The notes beneath the pieces were generated by a model that did not search any database, had not been told where the DNA came from, and was given only the letters and a program-made list of their open reading frames with translations. A DNA stretch of 64,000 bases from positions 70,567 through 134,566 of the forward strand of contig CAYGXQ010000001.1 in assembly GCA_964354025.1 (NCBI GenBank), given 5' to 3'. The stretch is from an uncultured Gammaproteobacteria bacterium (GTDB taxonomy: Bacteria > Patescibacteriota > Microgenomatia > 2-02-FULL-39-11). This document shows, one piece after another, positions 1 to 12,238 of the stretch (position 1 is the first letter of the stretch; each line of letters starts with the position of its first letter). Position numbers and translations under genes: made by a program.

Positions 1-2188
1 GCATGAAGGGATGAAGAAGTTTCAGGCAGACGGTGTAAACATGGATCAGTGTTATCAAAGCATTTTTATCAAGACTTTTTAATCTTTCCTTGATAGACTC
101 CAGATGTTTATCGGCCAGCGTGTGCCAGATGAAAGTGTAAAGGTCTTCGGCCGCCCGGCCGAAATGGTAATCTTCGATGGATTTGGTGGTTTCTTTGACT
201 AATTTGTCCAATTGGGAAGCTATTTTTTTATCTTCCGCTTTTAACTGTTTTTTTATTGTTTCGAAATCAGTCAGGGTTACCCCCTGTTCTTTGTAGGCAT
301 CGATATTCATCCTGATAAACCGGCCGATGTTCCAGAGCTTGTTGGTGAAATTTCTCATGCCGACGATTTTTTCTTCGCTTAAACAAATATCGCTGGCGGG
401 CGCCACGCCCATCACCAAAGCAAATCTCAAAGCATCGGCACCGTATTTTTGCGTTATCAGCAGAGGATCAATGACATTGCCTTTGCTTTTACTCATCTTC
501 TGGCCGAATTTATCAACCACTCTGGAGTGCAAATGGATAACTTTGAAAGGCACTTCACCGGTGACATAAAGTCCCAACATCATCATCTTGGCAACCCAGA
601 AAAAGAGGATATCCCAAAGGGTATCCAGGACGCCGGTCGGGTAAAAATATTTGAATTCGGATGAGCTGTTTTTGGGCTCGTTGATATTTATCCCGAGAGT
701 TGTTAGCGGCCATTGGCCGGAAAGAAACCAGGTGTCGAAAGTATCGGTTTCCTGCAGGATATTTGAACTGTGACATTTATCGCATTTTCCGCCGGAGAGT
801 TGATAGCTGGCCTCTTTATCAGCCATCATCGACTGCAATCCGCCATTGATTTCCTCTAAATGATATTTGTCTTTGAGATTTCTGAACGTGTCGTTGATCC
901 GCTCGCCTTTTTTGTTGATAAAATTTATTTTTATTTCCGGATTACAGTCGAGACAATACCAGACGGGAATTCTCGGTCCCCAGACGATTTGCCTACTGAT
1001 GTTCCAGTCGCGGATATTTTTCAGCCAGTCGAAATACATTTTCTCAAATCTTTTTTTTGGGATGATTTTCGTCCGGCCGGTTTTCACCGCCACAATAGCC
1101 GGCTTGGCCAATGGTTTCATCTTGATAAACCATTGGGGGATGACCATCGGTTCGATAGTCGTATGACAGCGGTAGCAGGTAGCCACACTATGGAGATAAT
1201 TCTCATCAACATGGTCGATCAAACCCATTTCTCTCATGGCCGCAAAAACAGCAGTTCTCGCCGGCGCCACTTTCATGCCGGCAAACCTGCCGGCCAGTTC
1301 ATTTAACCGGCCGTTCAGATCAATGACTTTTTTGACCGGTAAATTATGTCTTTGGCCGATTTCAAAATCCATGGCATCGTGTCCGGGAGTGACTTTCTCT
1401 ATCCCGGTGCCGAATTTGGGATCGATCGCCTCGTCGGCAACCACTTTGACTTTAAAAGGACCGTTAACGCCTTTGATTTCTATTTCCTGCCCCAGATATT
1501 TCAGGTATCTTTTATCGCCCGGGTGGAAAGCCACTGCCGTATCGCCGAATTTGGTTTCCGGCCGGGTAGTCGCCAAAACAAAAGGACCGTATTTTAGGAA
1601 GTAGAGCGGGTCCTTTCTTTCAACATATTCGATTTCCAGATCGGAAAAGGCCGTGCCGCATTTGGTGCAAAAATTGACGATCCGTTCCCCCCGGTAAATT
1701 AAACCGTCTTGGTGGAGTTTGCGGAAAGTGGCCATCACTTTTTCGACGATTTCCGGCTCCAGACTGTAGTGGTACCTGGTCCAATCAAGCGAGAACCCGA
1801 GTTTTTTGAGCTGGTCGCGGTTGATAGCCCGGTTTTTCTCCACGAATTCCCAAATCATTTTATAAAGGGTATCGCGGTCAAAATCAAAACGGCTTTTATC
1901 CTGTTTGGCCAGATGTTTTTCAAAGACAAACTGGGTTTCGATTCCCGCGTGGTCAGCCCCAGGCAGCCAAAGGGTTGGGCTGCCTAACATCCGGTGGTAG
2001 CGGATCATGATGTCCTGGATGGTGAAAAGGGCATGTCCCATGTGCATCGGATCATTGGCGTTTGGCAGAGGCAAAAGGATAGTAAAGGGCTTTTTATTGT
2101 TATCAATTTTCGGAATAAAATAGCCGGCCTTTTCCCAAAGCTGGTACCATTTGTCCTCAATCGTGTTGGCTTTATAGACTTTATCCAT
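1..2188 (-). CDS. valS: valine--tRNA ligase (3' end runs off the window)
   Basis: Manual translation from ATG at 2188: MDKVYKAN..PLPNANDPMHMGH (HIGH), DWNISRQIVWG, DTFDTWF, KMSKSKGN, LLHPFM at the window edge. Absent from the ORF track because it has no stop in the window. Confidence 0.96.
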   Translation of the reverse strand, partial: MDKVYKANTIEDKWYQLWEKAGYFIPKIDNNKKPFTILLPLPNANDPMHMGHALFTIQDIMIRYHRMLGSPTLWLPGADHAGIETQFVFEKHLAKQDKSRFDFDRDTLYKMIWEFVEKNRAINRDQLKKLGFSLDWTRYHYSLEPEIVEKVMATFRKLHQDGLIYRGERIVNFCTKCGTAFSDLEIEYVERKDPLYFLKYGPFVLATTRPETKFGDTAVAFHPGDKRYLKYLGQEIEIKGVNGPFKVKVVADEAIDPKFGTGIEKVTPGHDAMDFEIGQRHNLPVKKVIDLNGRLNELAGRFAGMKVAPARTAVFAAMREMGLIDHVDENYLHSVATCYRCHTTIEPMVIPQWFIKMKPLAKPAIVAVKTGRTKIIPKKRFEKMYFDWLKNIRDWNISRQIVWGPRIPVWYCLDCNPEIKINFINKKGERINDTFRNLKDKYHLEEINGGLQSMMADKEASYQLSGGKCDKCHSSNILQETDTFDTWFLSGQWPLTTLGININEPKNSSSEFKYFYPTGVLDTLWDILFFWVAKMMMLGLYVTGEVPFKVIHLHSRVVDKFGQKMSKSKGNVIDPLLITQKYGADALRFALVMGVAPASDICLSEEKIVGMRNFTNKLWNIGRFIRMNIDAYKEQGVTLTDFETIKKQLKAEDKKIASQLDKLVKETTKSIEDYHFGRAAEDLYTFIWHTLADKHLESIKERLKSLDKNALITLIHVYTVCLKLLHPFM

Positions 2189-2218
2189 AAGTAATTTTCG
2201 TTTATTATAATCGCCAGG

Positions 2219-3310
2219 CTATCCAACTTCAACTTCCAAGTCCGGACGGGCCTGAATTTCTCTCCAGAGTACCGGGTGGTTGTGGAAATAAGCGTAACTG
2301 GCGATATAGCTGGCGTTGTCAGTGCAAAGGGAAGGAGGAGGAATATATAAATCAATTTTTAATTTTAAATTTTCAATTTTTAATTTGAACTTTTCCGTTA
2401 ACCGTTTATTAGCAGCGACACCGCCACCGAGGAGAATGGATTTCACCCGATATTTTTCGGCGGCTTTCAGGGTTTTATCCACGAGGACGTCAGTAATCGC
2501 TTCCTGGATTTCGTAAGATAGTTGTTGAATGGTGTAAGAATTAAGTTTCTTAAGTGCCTTAAGTTTATTTACTTCTCTTAAAACCGCGGTCTTCAGTCCG
2601 GAAAAGGAAAAATCAAAATTATCTTCATGCATCATCGGTCGGGGAAGTTTCACAATGTCATGCTGAACTCGTCCTGATTTAATCGGGATAAATTCAGGAT
2701 GATCATTACAGAACTTTGCAGCAGCATCTGCAATAGCTGGTCCACCGGGGTATCCAAGTCCCAAAAGTCTGGCAGTTTTGTCAAAAGTTTCTCCGGCCGC
2801 ATCATCGCGGGTCCCGCCGAGCCATATAATATCCCGGTGATTTTTCATCAAAAATAATTCCGTGTGTCCGCCGGAGACAACCAAAGCGATGGCTGGAAAA
2901 GAAGGAGGTTTTTCGACATCAAGCCAGTTGGCGTAAAGATGGGCCAGGACATGGTTGACCGGAATAATCGGTTTACCGGTAAGATAAACGATGGTTTTGG
3001 CTGTTTCTACGCCGACTAAAAGCGAACCGATTAAACCCGGTCCAATGGTTACTGCGATGGCGTCGATTTTTTCAATTGTTGCATTGTTGCATTGCTTGCC
3101 CTGAGCGGAGTCGAAGGGTTTCATTGTTTCATTTATTACGGGTATCATACACTTCACCTGTTCCCGGGCGGCCACTTCCGGAATAATCCCGCCGGTTTTC
3201 GTATGCAGGTCTTTTGAAGAGGAAACCACGTTGGAGAGAATTTTGACACCGTCCTCCACCAAAGCCGCAGCGGTTTCGTCACATGATGTTTCAATGCCTA
3301 AAATAATCAT
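2219..3310 (-). CDS. tsaD: tRNA threonylcarbamoyltransferase TsaD
   Basis: MIILGIETSCDETAAA start, VNHVLAH, LVVSGGHT, TRDDAAGE, FSFSGLKT, CTDNA motifs. Carries several in-frame repeat insertions. Confidence 0.96.
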   Translation of the reverse strand: MIILGIETSCDETAAALVEDGVKILSNVVSSSKDLHTKTGGIIPEVAAREQVKCMIPVINETMKPFDSAQGKQCNNATIEKIDAIAVTIGPGLIGSLLVGVETAKTIVYLTGKPIIPVNHVLAHLYANWLDVEKPPSFPAIALVVSGGHTELFLMKNHRDIIWLGGTRDDAAGETFDKTARLLGLGYPGGPAIADAAAKFCNDHPEFIPIKSGRVQHDIVKLPRPMMHEDNFDFSFSGLKTAVLREVNKLKALKKLNSYTIQQLSYEIQEAITDVLVDKTLKAAEKYRVKSILLGGGVAANKRLTEKFKLKIENLKLKIDLYIPPPSLCTDNASYIASYAYFHNHPVLWREIQARPDLEVEVG

Positions 3311-3315
3311 AGGAA

Positions 3316-3771
3316 TTAATCTATTCTTAAAATTTTTGCCAGTTTTGAAGAGGAATAATTTTGGAAAAAAGGAATGATCCGCATTATTGCTCCGCAACTT
3401 TCCGCCTGGTTTTTCTTTCGCTCAAGGAGCGGATCATTTCCGGTAGCGGCGATGACAGCCGGTTTGATTTGCTGAATAATCTTGTCATATTCCGGATCGT
3501 TTTTCAGATACGGTAACAAGATTACATAATCAACAATGGTAAGTGAGGTGAGCATTTCCGCTCTTTCTTTTTGGTTGAAAATCGGTCGGGAAATTCCTTT
3601 CAGTATTTTTGCCTTCTTGTCACTTTCCAAAAGAATCACCAGTCTTTCGCCCCTTTTTTTGGCAGCCCGGAAGAAACGCAGATGGCCGGGATGGAGAAGA
3701 TCAAAACAGCCGCCGGCTAAAACAATATTATTTATTTTTTTTACCTCTTGTAAAGAAATGATTTTTGCCAT
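3316..3771 (-). CDS. cytidylyltransferase family protein (TagD/RfaE-like)
   Basis: GGCFDLLHPGH (HxGH), RPI..ER, SSS motifs. Confidence 0.85.
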   Translation of the reverse strand: MAKIISLQEVKKINNIVLAGGCFDLLHPGHLRFFRAAKKRGERLVILLESDKKAKILKGISRPIFNQKERAEMLTSLTIVDYVILLPYLKNDPEYDKIIQQIKPAVIAATGNDPLLERKKNQAESCGAIMRIIPFFQNYSSSKLAKILRID

Positions 3772-3785
3772 ATCTTCAAACTAAA

Positions 3786-5387
3786 ATGAAATTGTATAAA
3801 TATCCGCTGCTTTTTATTGTATTACTTTTTACCTTTGTCGTTTTTTTCCACTCAGACGGAGCCATCTTACAGGATTTGGGCCGCCATCTGACTTTGGGAA
3901 AAATTATCTGGCAAACCGGAAAAATCCCCGCCACCAATTTATTTTCCTATACTTATCCCGACTTTCCCGTTCTTGATCATCACTGGGGCAGCCAAGTGTT
4001 ATTTTACCTTGTTGAAGTGGCTTTTTCCATCAATGGCCTGATTATCCTGAAATTATTATTGGTGATGGCCGCCGTCGGTCTCGTTTCCTTCTTTACAGTT
4101 AAACGGGGAGACGGATTGGCATATCTGATCTCCGGTTTTTTGGCTCTTGAGATTTTGCGCGACCGGACGCAGATCCGGCCGGAGATATTTGCCTTTTTGT
4201 TTTTTTCGATTTTTTTAGTCATTTTATACAGAGAAAAAGAAAAACCGGGAAGGGGGATTTGGCTGCTGCCTCTCGTCGAAATCCTTTGGACAAACCTGCA
4301 CATCAGTTTTGTATACGGTTTGGCGGTCTTCGGTTGTTTCGCCCTGGAGAGAATACTGATGGCAAAATTCAGAAAGCATTATCTATATATAGGATTAGCG
4401 TTAGCCGTGTCGGTTTTGATAAACCCCTACGGCATAAACGGCGCTTTATACCCTCTGCGGATTTTCCAAAATTACGGCTATCCGATCGTTGAGAACCAGT
4501 CGGTCCTTTTTCTTTCTTCAATGATAAAAAATAATGCCCTTTTCTATTTTAAAGCTGCGGCAATAATATTTCTTGGCATATTGCCGTTATTAATATTTAA
4601 AAAGAAATATTTTGAATTATTGACCGCCGGACTTTTTTGCGGTTTATCCTGGCTGGCGGTAAGGAATTTCCCCTTTTTCGCCATTTCTTTTATTTATCCT
4701 TTGTCTTTAGGCGTCAGTTATTTATTGGAGAAAATTAAAGAAAACAAAATCCTCCCGCCGGACAATTTTCAACTGCTGCGGATTTTTTCTGTTTTGGCGT
4801 TAATCATTTTTGTCTTTTGGGAAATGTATCTGACGGTTTCCAATAAATACTATGATGCTTATAGCGCGCCGGTGCGATTTGGCTTGGGACAAGTCAGCGG
4901 GGAAAAAGGAGCGCTTGATTATTTTTTGGCCAACAACCTGAAAGGCCCGGTCTATAACAGTTTTGATAACGGCAGTTACCTCATCTACCGGTTGTATCCG
5001 AAGGAAAGAGTTTTTACCGACGGCCGGCCGGAGGCCTATCCGGCTGATTTTTTTCAAAAAACCTATATTCCAATGCAGGAAAAAGAAGAGGTCTGGAGAG
5101 AGATTGACCGGAAATACCAGTTTCAGACGATTATTTTTCCCCATACGGATGCGACTCCCTGGGGGAAAAATTTCTTGAAAAGGATCGTTAATGACGGGAA
5201 TTGGCAAGTCAGATATTTGGATGATTATTCGCTGGTTCTTTCACGAAGGGCAGGAACGGTGAAAGACAGCGGTGCTCAAAATTTGGCCGAGATAAAAAAA
5301 CAGGGTCTGGAGTTATTTAAAAAGATAAATCAACAGGATGGCATAAACCGTTTGCGGAGTTTCTTTGATCTGATAGGACTCCGTTAA
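3786..5387 (+). CDS. polytopic membrane protein, probable GT-C glycosyltransferase
   Basis: Many TM segments, DLGRHL, RPE, W.NLH, F.DGR motifs. Confidence 0.6.
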   Translation: MKLYKYPLLFIVLLFTFVVFFHSDGAILQDLGRHLTLGKIIWQTGKIPATNLFSYTYPDFPVLDHHWGSQVLFYLVEVAFSINGLIILKLLLVMAAVGLVSFFTVKRGDGLAYLISGFLALEILRDRTQIRPEIFAFLFFSIFLVILYREKEKPGRGIWLLPLVEILWTNLHISFVYGLAVFGCFALERILMAKFRKHYLYIGLALAVSVLINPYGINGALYPLRIFQNYGYPIVENQSVLFLSSMIKNNALFYFKAAAIIFLGILPLLIFKKKYFELLTAGLFCGLSWLAVRNFPFFAISFIYPLSLGVSYLLEKIKENKILPPDNFQLLRIFSVLALIIFVFWEMYLTVSNKYYDAYSAPVRFGLGQVSGEKGALDYFLANNLKGPVYNSFDNGSYLIYRLYPKERVFTDGRPEAYPADFFQKTYIPMQEKEEVWREIDRKYQFQTIIFPHTDATPWGKNFLKRIVNDGNWQVRYLDDYSLVLSRRAGTVKDSGAQNLAEIKKQGLELFKKINQQDGINRLRSFFDLIGLR

Positions 5388-5390
5388 TGG

Positions 5391-6854
5391 TTATGTCTTA
5401 GTTCCATGCAGGAAGACTGCCTGCCAGGGTTGGTAATTGGAATAATAAGTGGTTTGAATAAGCGTTTCTCCGTTTCTGGTGACTTTATAATCAAAGTTAA
5501 CTTTAGCGCCCCAGGCTTTCCAGTCAACCTGTTTAACCGTACCTACCGGCAGGGTCGGGTCATCCTGATTAAGGTCCGGCGGCGGCGGATTCGAGGAAGT
5601 GATGACCGATTTGGAGATTTCCGCCTTTCTGCCATCAGCGGTTCCGTATATTTCAAAGGTTAAAGCGAAATTACCCGGATCCGGTTTGGCCTGGATAAGA
5701 ATATAATTTGGGGTGTCATTTTTGAATTTCAGGTCATAGCTGGGAGCAAAAACAGTGGCGTCAATCCCTGGCGGGGTACCCTGTTCGTAATAGCTAACCC
5801 GGTAGGAATGGGCATGGCGTTCAGTAACCGGCAGTCCGGCATTTAAGATGGCCCGAAAAAGTGTGGTGGAAACCTGGCAGACGCCGCCGCCGTCTCCCAG
5901 GACTGTCCGGCCGTCTTTGATGATGTAAGCCGGCTGGAAACCGGTACTCCCTGAGACGTCTCCCAAGGTGTCGTTAAAAGAAAAAATTTCGCCCGGCGGC
6001 AGCAGATGGCCGTTGATCCGGGAAGCCGCCAGGACGATATTGTGAATCCGGCCGGGGATGGAACCGGCATATTTGGAAGTGCCGACGCTTAAAAGTTCTT
6101 TGACGCCAAAATTATTGGAATCCTCAGTCGTAATCTGCGGCCTGACGGTTTTCACCGGCAGGTCAATGGCGATATTTTGAGGCTCAAACTGCGTTTGATT
6201 ATTTAAGGTATCGATATAGGAAGCAATCATCTGTTTCGTCTGCTGCTGGTCCAATTGCCGGCCCGGTTTTGACATTTTGAAAACAGAGACTTTGCCTTTT
6301 TCAAACTGGAAGAGGGCATCTTCGGTCGGGATATCGATACTGGTGGCCATAGAGGAAACGGTATCGTCGATAAGACCGGTATCCATGCGAAGAACGCTGG
6401 TTAAGTTGATGCCGATGGTAGCCCCTTTCCATTTCTGGTATAAGTCTGAAAAAATATGGCCTGAGCGTCCGATAGAATAAGCCTGTGTAGCCGAAAGTTT
6501 GGCATCATAGGCGATATTCAAATTCCGGCCGGAGATAGTGGCGATTTTATCTTCAAAAACGAGAGTGAATTTCAGGAGGGCAAACGGCAGGTTTTTCCGG
6601 TTATAGTAATCTTCGACCTCGGCCGGAGTTTTTCCCCCGTATGAGATTTTATCCACTCTGACCCCGGGATAGATTTTTCCCTGAAAATTTTTTTCAAAAT
6701 AATAATAACCGCCAAAAACAAGAATAATTGTTAGAAACACTAAAATGAGAATCAGATAAAAAAGGTAAGCAATAAAAGAAAAGCGGCCGGCAGGCTTAAT
6801 ATCAGGCTTTTGTTCATGAAGATGGGTTTTGGCGGATTTCTTTTCCTTGACCAT
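5391..6854 (-). CDS. VanW family protein with peptidoglycan-binding region
   Basis: N-terminal TM, FSFN..LG, GGGVCQVSTTLF, ERHAHS, DLKFKN. Confidence 0.9.
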   Translation of the reverse strand: MVKEKKSAKTHLHEQKPDIKPAGRFSFIAYLFYLILILVFLTIILVFGGYYYFEKNFQGKIYPGVRVDKISYGGKTPAEVEDYYNRKNLPFALLKFTLVFEDKIATISGRNLNIAYDAKLSATQAYSIGRSGHIFSDLYQKWKGATIGINLTSVLRMDTGLIDDTVSSMATSIDIPTEDALFQFEKGKVSVFKMSKPGRQLDQQQTKQMIASYIDTLNNQTQFEPQNIAIDLPVKTVRPQITTEDSNNFGVKELLSVGTSKYAGSIPGRIHNIVLAASRINGHLLPPGEIFSFNDTLGDVSGSTGFQPAYIIKDGRTVLGDGGGVCQVSTTLFRAILNAGLPVTERHAHSYRVSYYEQGTPPGIDATVFAPSYDLKFKNDTPNYILIQAKPDPGNFALTFEIYGTADGRKAEISKSVITSSNPPPPDLNQDDPTLPVGTVKQVDWKAWGAKVNFDYKVTRNGETLIQTTYYSNYQPWQAVFLHGTKT

Positions 6855-6885
6855 GAGCTTCGTTTGCGGTTATCATAACATAAGG

Positions 6886-8484
6886 ATGAATAATAATACA
6901 CCTTCACCTTCGGGAGAAATCTTTTCCGGCGGCAACGTCAATAACGCTTCTTACCAGGAAGCATTAAACGTGACCCAGGACAACGAAGTGGCTCAAGCTC
7001 TGACTGACCAGCCGCAAGACCAACCGGGAGCGCAGGCAAACCCGAGTAATTCCGAAGGTTCAAGCGGTTTTCCCAATTATCCTTCCGGCAATCAGCCCAA
7101 TGTTCCATCGTCTGCCGAAGGCCCGCCGCCGTTTGTCGAGAATAACGCCAAGAAATTCCTGATTATCGGAGGAGTGATTGTTCTGCTTGTCATTTTCATC
7201 TTTCTGCTGTTTAAATTTCTCTCGGGCCGGTTTGCCAAACCGCCTGCACAGGCAAAAATCAATCTCACTTATTGGGGCCTTTGGGAGGAAGAGACAGTCA
7301 TCCGGCCGTTTATCGACGAATTCCAAAAGTCACATCCCAACATCACGGTTTCTTACAGCCGTCAGGACCCCAAACAATACCGGGAAAGACTGCAGGCGGC
7401 CATTTCCCGCGGTGAAGGCCCGGATCTTTTCCGCTTTCACAATACCTGGGTGCCGATGTTACTCGGAGAATTGGCGCCGATGCCCAAAACCGTTTATTCC
7501 GATAGCGACTTCGAAAAGATTTTTTATCCGGTGGCCGCTGAAAGTTTAAAAACCGGAGGCAATTTTTACGGGATACCTCTCATGATAGACGGTTTACTGC
7601 TTTTTTATAATGAAGACATATTAAAAAGCGCCAATGTTTCTGTCCCTGTCACCTGGGTTGATGTCCAAAACGCCGTCCCGAAATTGACCGTTAAGGAAGG
7701 TAACCGGATTGTCACTTCTGCCATTGCCCTGGGGACGGCTGAAAACATCGAACATTTCAGCGATATTTTGGGACTAATGATGTTGCAAAACGGGACCCAA
7801 CCGGTAAAATCCGTTTTCACCTGCACAGATCCGGCCAGCACCACCTGCGCGGTAGAAGCGCTTACCTTTTACCGCAAATTTGCCGAGACGCCAAATAATG
7901 CCTGGGATGCCACTTTGGAAAACTCCATTGTCGCTTTCGCCGGAGGGAAAGTGGCAATGATCCTTGCGCCCAGCTGGGAGGCGATTACCATCAAAAATCT
8001 CAGCCCCAATCTGAATTTCAAGACTGCCCAGGTACCGCAGCTTCCCTGTGACCGGACGCCCTGTCCGACGTTGAACTGGGCCAGTTTTTGGGTGGAAGGG
8101 GTTTCGGCAAAAAGCAAAAATCAGGAAGCGGCCTGGGAATTTTTGAAATATCTTTCTCAACCGGAAACGATGCAGAAAATGTATGCCGAGCAGGTGAAAC
8201 TGCGGCCGCTTTTCGGTGAACCTTACTCCCGGACGGATCTGGCCAAACTTTTGGCGGACAACGTTTACCTGGCGCCGCTTATTGTTTCGGCGCCGACGAT
8301 GAAATCCTTTTATCTTGCCTCGCGCACTTTTGACGGAGAAACCGGTTTGAATACTTCCCTTATCAATTACCTCAAAGACGCGGTTAATTCGCTTTCCCAA
8401 GGCACCAGTGTCGAGACGGCTTTAAAGACAGTCGACGATGGTTTCAAACAGGTGTTTGCCCGGTTTAACATCGGGGCCCCCTAG
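6886..8484 (+). CDS. membrane-anchored extracellular solute-binding protein (family 1, sugar type)
   Basis: TM anchor, GEGPDLF, YGIP..D.LLLFYN, F..GKVAM, AWEFLKYL. Confidence 0.85.
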   Translation: MNNNTPSPSGEIFSGGNVNNASYQEALNVTQDNEVAQALTDQPQDQPGAQANPSNSEGSSGFPNYPSGNQPNVPSSAEGPPPFVENNAKKFLIIGGVIVLLVIFIFLLFKFLSGRFAKPPAQAKINLTYWGLWEEETVIRPFIDEFQKSHPNITVSYSRQDPKQYRERLQAAISRGEGPDLFRFHNTWVPMLLGELAPMPKTVYSDSDFEKIFYPVAAESLKTGGNFYGIPLMIDGLLLFYNEDILKSANVSVPVTWVDVQNAVPKLTVKEGNRIVTSAIALGTAENIEHFSDILGLMMLQNGTQPVKSVFTCTDPASTTCAVEALTFYRKFAETPNNAWDATLENSIVAFAGGKVAMILAPSWEAITIKNLSPNLNFKTAQVPQLPCDRTPCPTLNWASFWVEGVSAKSKNQEAAWEFLKYLSQPETMQKMYAEQVKLRPLFGEPYSRTDLAKLLADNVYLAPLIVSAPTMKSFYLASRTFDGETGLNTSLINYLKDAVNSLSQGTSVETALKTVDDGFKQVFARFNIGAP

Positions 8485-8597
8485 TACTGTATTTCGTTAA
8501 TTTCGCGGCATTATTAGTGTTATGATAGATCGGTACAAAGGTTCAAAGAAAAATCTTTACACCGGAATATTCACGAAATACAGTACAAGTAATTCTT

Positions 8598-9572
8598 ATG
8601 CCGCGACCACTTGAAAAAGCGATCATGAAAACTCTCATTTATGCTGATCTTTTTGATTATCCATTAACTAAGGAGGAGATTTGGAGAAGGTTGATAAAAT
8701 TACAAATTACAAATGATAAATTACAAATTAAATTAAAAAAATTAATAAATTCAATATTATTTGGGAAAAAAGAGAAATATTATTATTTGGTAGGGAGAGA
8801 GGAAATTATTCAATTGCGGAAAAGAAGGGAGAAATATTCGGAAGAAAAAGTAAAGATAGCCAGGCGGATTGCTAAACTTCTTAAATTTATTCCATTTGTT
8901 AAATTGGTCGGCTTGACCGGAGCGGTGGCCGCAGGAAACGCCGATGAAGATGATGATATCGATTTACTGATTATTACTTCGGGGAATTTGTTGTGGACGA
9001 CGCGTCTATTAGTTACTTTATCAGTTGATCTGATGGGACTTCGGCGAAGACCTGATGATAAAAAAGTGAAAAACAAAATCTGTTTAAATATGTTTATAGA
9101 TGAAAATTATTTGGCAATTGGTAAAGATGAAAGGGATTTGTTTACCGCTTACGAAATCACTCAGATGAAACCGCTGTTTGAAAAAAACCAGATATACAAG
9201 AGATTTATAAAAGCAAATGATTGGGTGGGAAAATATTTACCTAACGCTTTCAATGAACTAAGTACTTGTCCCATTGTCATCCCGACCGACCACAAGCGTG
9301 TAAACCACTTGTGGGAGTGGAGGGATCTTCCATATTCCGGAAGTTGGAAGATTCCTCCCCGATGGCCATCGGGACTCGGAATGACACTTTTTCGCTTGCT
9401 GGAAATACCAAGCAAGCGACTACAGCTTATATATATGAAAAAACGGCGCACGACCGAGAAAATCAAAACCGGAGTAATCCGATTTCACCCGAGGGATATC
9501 AGAAAGGAAATAATGAAACGGTTTGAGACGAGAGCCAAATCCCCCCTTGACAAGGTTTTTTTCACTGAGTAA
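8598..9572 (+). CDS. nucleotidyltransferase-fold protein
   Basis: LTGAVAAGNADEDDDIDLLII (G[GS]-x-DxD-like). Contains an in-frame palindromic insertion at 9275-9386. Confidence 0.65.
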   Translation: MPRPLEKAIMKTLIYADLFDYPLTKEEIWRRLIKLQITNDKLQIKLKKLINSILFGKKEKYYYLVGREEIIQLRKRREKYSEEKVKIARRIAKLLKFIPFVKLVGLTGAVAAGNADEDDDIDLLIITSGNLLWTTRLLVTLSVDLMGLRRRPDDKKVKNKICLNMFIDENYLAIGKDERDLFTAYEITQMKPLFEKNQIYKRFIKANDWVGKYLPNAFNELSTCPIVIPTDHKRVNHLWEWRDLPYSGSWKIPPRWPSGLGMTLFRLLEIPSKRLQLIYMKKRRTTEKIKTGVIRFHPRDIRKEIMKRFETRAKSPLDKVFFTE

Positions 9573-9600
9573 AATAGCACTCATCACAAGAAAGTGCCAA
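9547..9600 (+). promoter_or_regulatory. sigma70 promoter plus CIRCE operator of groESL
   Basis: TTGACA(9547)-17 bp-TAAAAT(9570); ATAGCACTC-N9-AAGTGCCAA (9574-9600) matches CIRCE; hrcA is in the window. Confidence 0.9.
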
Positions 9601-9671
9601 TCCGCCAGCTGGCGGATTTAACCCAAATAAATATTTTAAAAAATTTGAACGGGTAAAGGAGGTCTTTATAT

Positions 9672-9974
9672 ATGGTTATTAAGCCAAATTCTATCAAACC
9701 GCTTTTTGATTACGTTCTCGTCAAACCCCTTGAAGAAGAAACCAAAACCCCGGGCGGAATATTGCTTCCCGATACAGTCAAAGAAAAACCCCAGATGGGT
9801 CAGGTCATGGCGATCGGTCCGGGAACAACAGACGATAAAGGTCATCCGGTAAAAGTTTTAGTCAAAGCCGGCCAAAAAGTGATGTACAAAAAATGGGGCG
9901 GCAACGAAATCAAAGTCGAAGGCAAAGAATGGTTGCTGGTCGAACAAAAAGATATCTTAGCTGTTATTGAATAA
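9672..9974 (+). CDS. groES: co-chaperonin GroES
   Basis: IKPLFDYVLV, TPGGILLPD, EKPQ.G.V.A.GPG. Confidence 0.97.
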   Translation: MVIKPNSIKPLFDYVLVKPLEEETKTPGGILLPDTVKEKPQMGQVMAIGPGTTDDKGHPVKVLVKAGQKVMYKKWGGNEIKVEGKEWLLVEQKDILAVIE

Positions 9975-10106
9975 TAATTGTTATAAAGGTTAAGCCCGCC
10001 TGCTCTTACTTCTCGCCTTACCTACTATTCGTAGCGCGGCTCGAAGAGCGAGCTTAGGCGGGTTCAAGAAACTGTAATCCCGATAAGATCGGGAAACAGT
10101 TTCTAG

Positions 10107-11774
<1,668 letters not shown>

Positions 11775-11797
11775 AGTAATCAAAAATTATCAAAATC

Positions 11798-11829
11798 AAA
11801 AAGTCCCGAGTCTACCTCGGGACTTTTTA
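11798..11829 (+). terminator. intrinsic terminator after groEL, probably bidirectional
   Basis: AAAAAGTCCCGAG-tctac-CTCGGGACTTTTT hairpin with A and T tracts. Confidence 0.85.
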
Positions 11830-11848
11830 TATAGTTGATTTAGTCTCT

Positions 11849-12238
11849 TCACCATGAATTTATAATTGGAGTAACAGGAGATTTTATATTTTGTTGGAAA
11901 AAAAGAGATTTTTCTGATAAAAACGCGTATATTATAAACATATCAAGAAGTAGCGGAATAATTAAGAACAATGAGAAAGAGAAGATAAATGACAGGATAT
12001 TACCGATAGTGGTAAGAGTAATAGTTACTACTCCTGCGTACCAACTCCATTTTTTATGTCTTCTGATTGCAGAACCCAGGAAAAAAGAATAAATTCCTAA
12101 AATTAGTGCTATAAAACCCTGCCAGATTTGGCTGAGACTATCTACTTGACCACCACTAAAAAGTAATGGAAACAATACCATTACAATAAAAGAGAAAATA
12201 AATATCGGAGCTACAATTATAAACAGTAAAAAATACAC
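11849..12238 (-). CDS. small membrane protein, start uncertain
   Basis: 4 TM segments. The GTG start lies inside the transposase terminal palindrome, so the gene may be 5'-truncated. Confidence 0.55.
   Translation of the reverse strand: MYFLLFIIVAPIFIFSFIVMVLFPLLFSGGQVDSLSQIWQGFIALILGIYSFFLGSAIRRHKKWSWYAGVVTITLTTIGNILSFIFSFSLFLIIPLLLDMFIIYAFLSEKSLFFQQNIKSPVTPIINSW

Noticed and set aside
327-2355. Short ORF-track frames over valS, and antisense frames over groEL, dnaK and others
   Set aside because: Shadow ORFs of well-supported genes.
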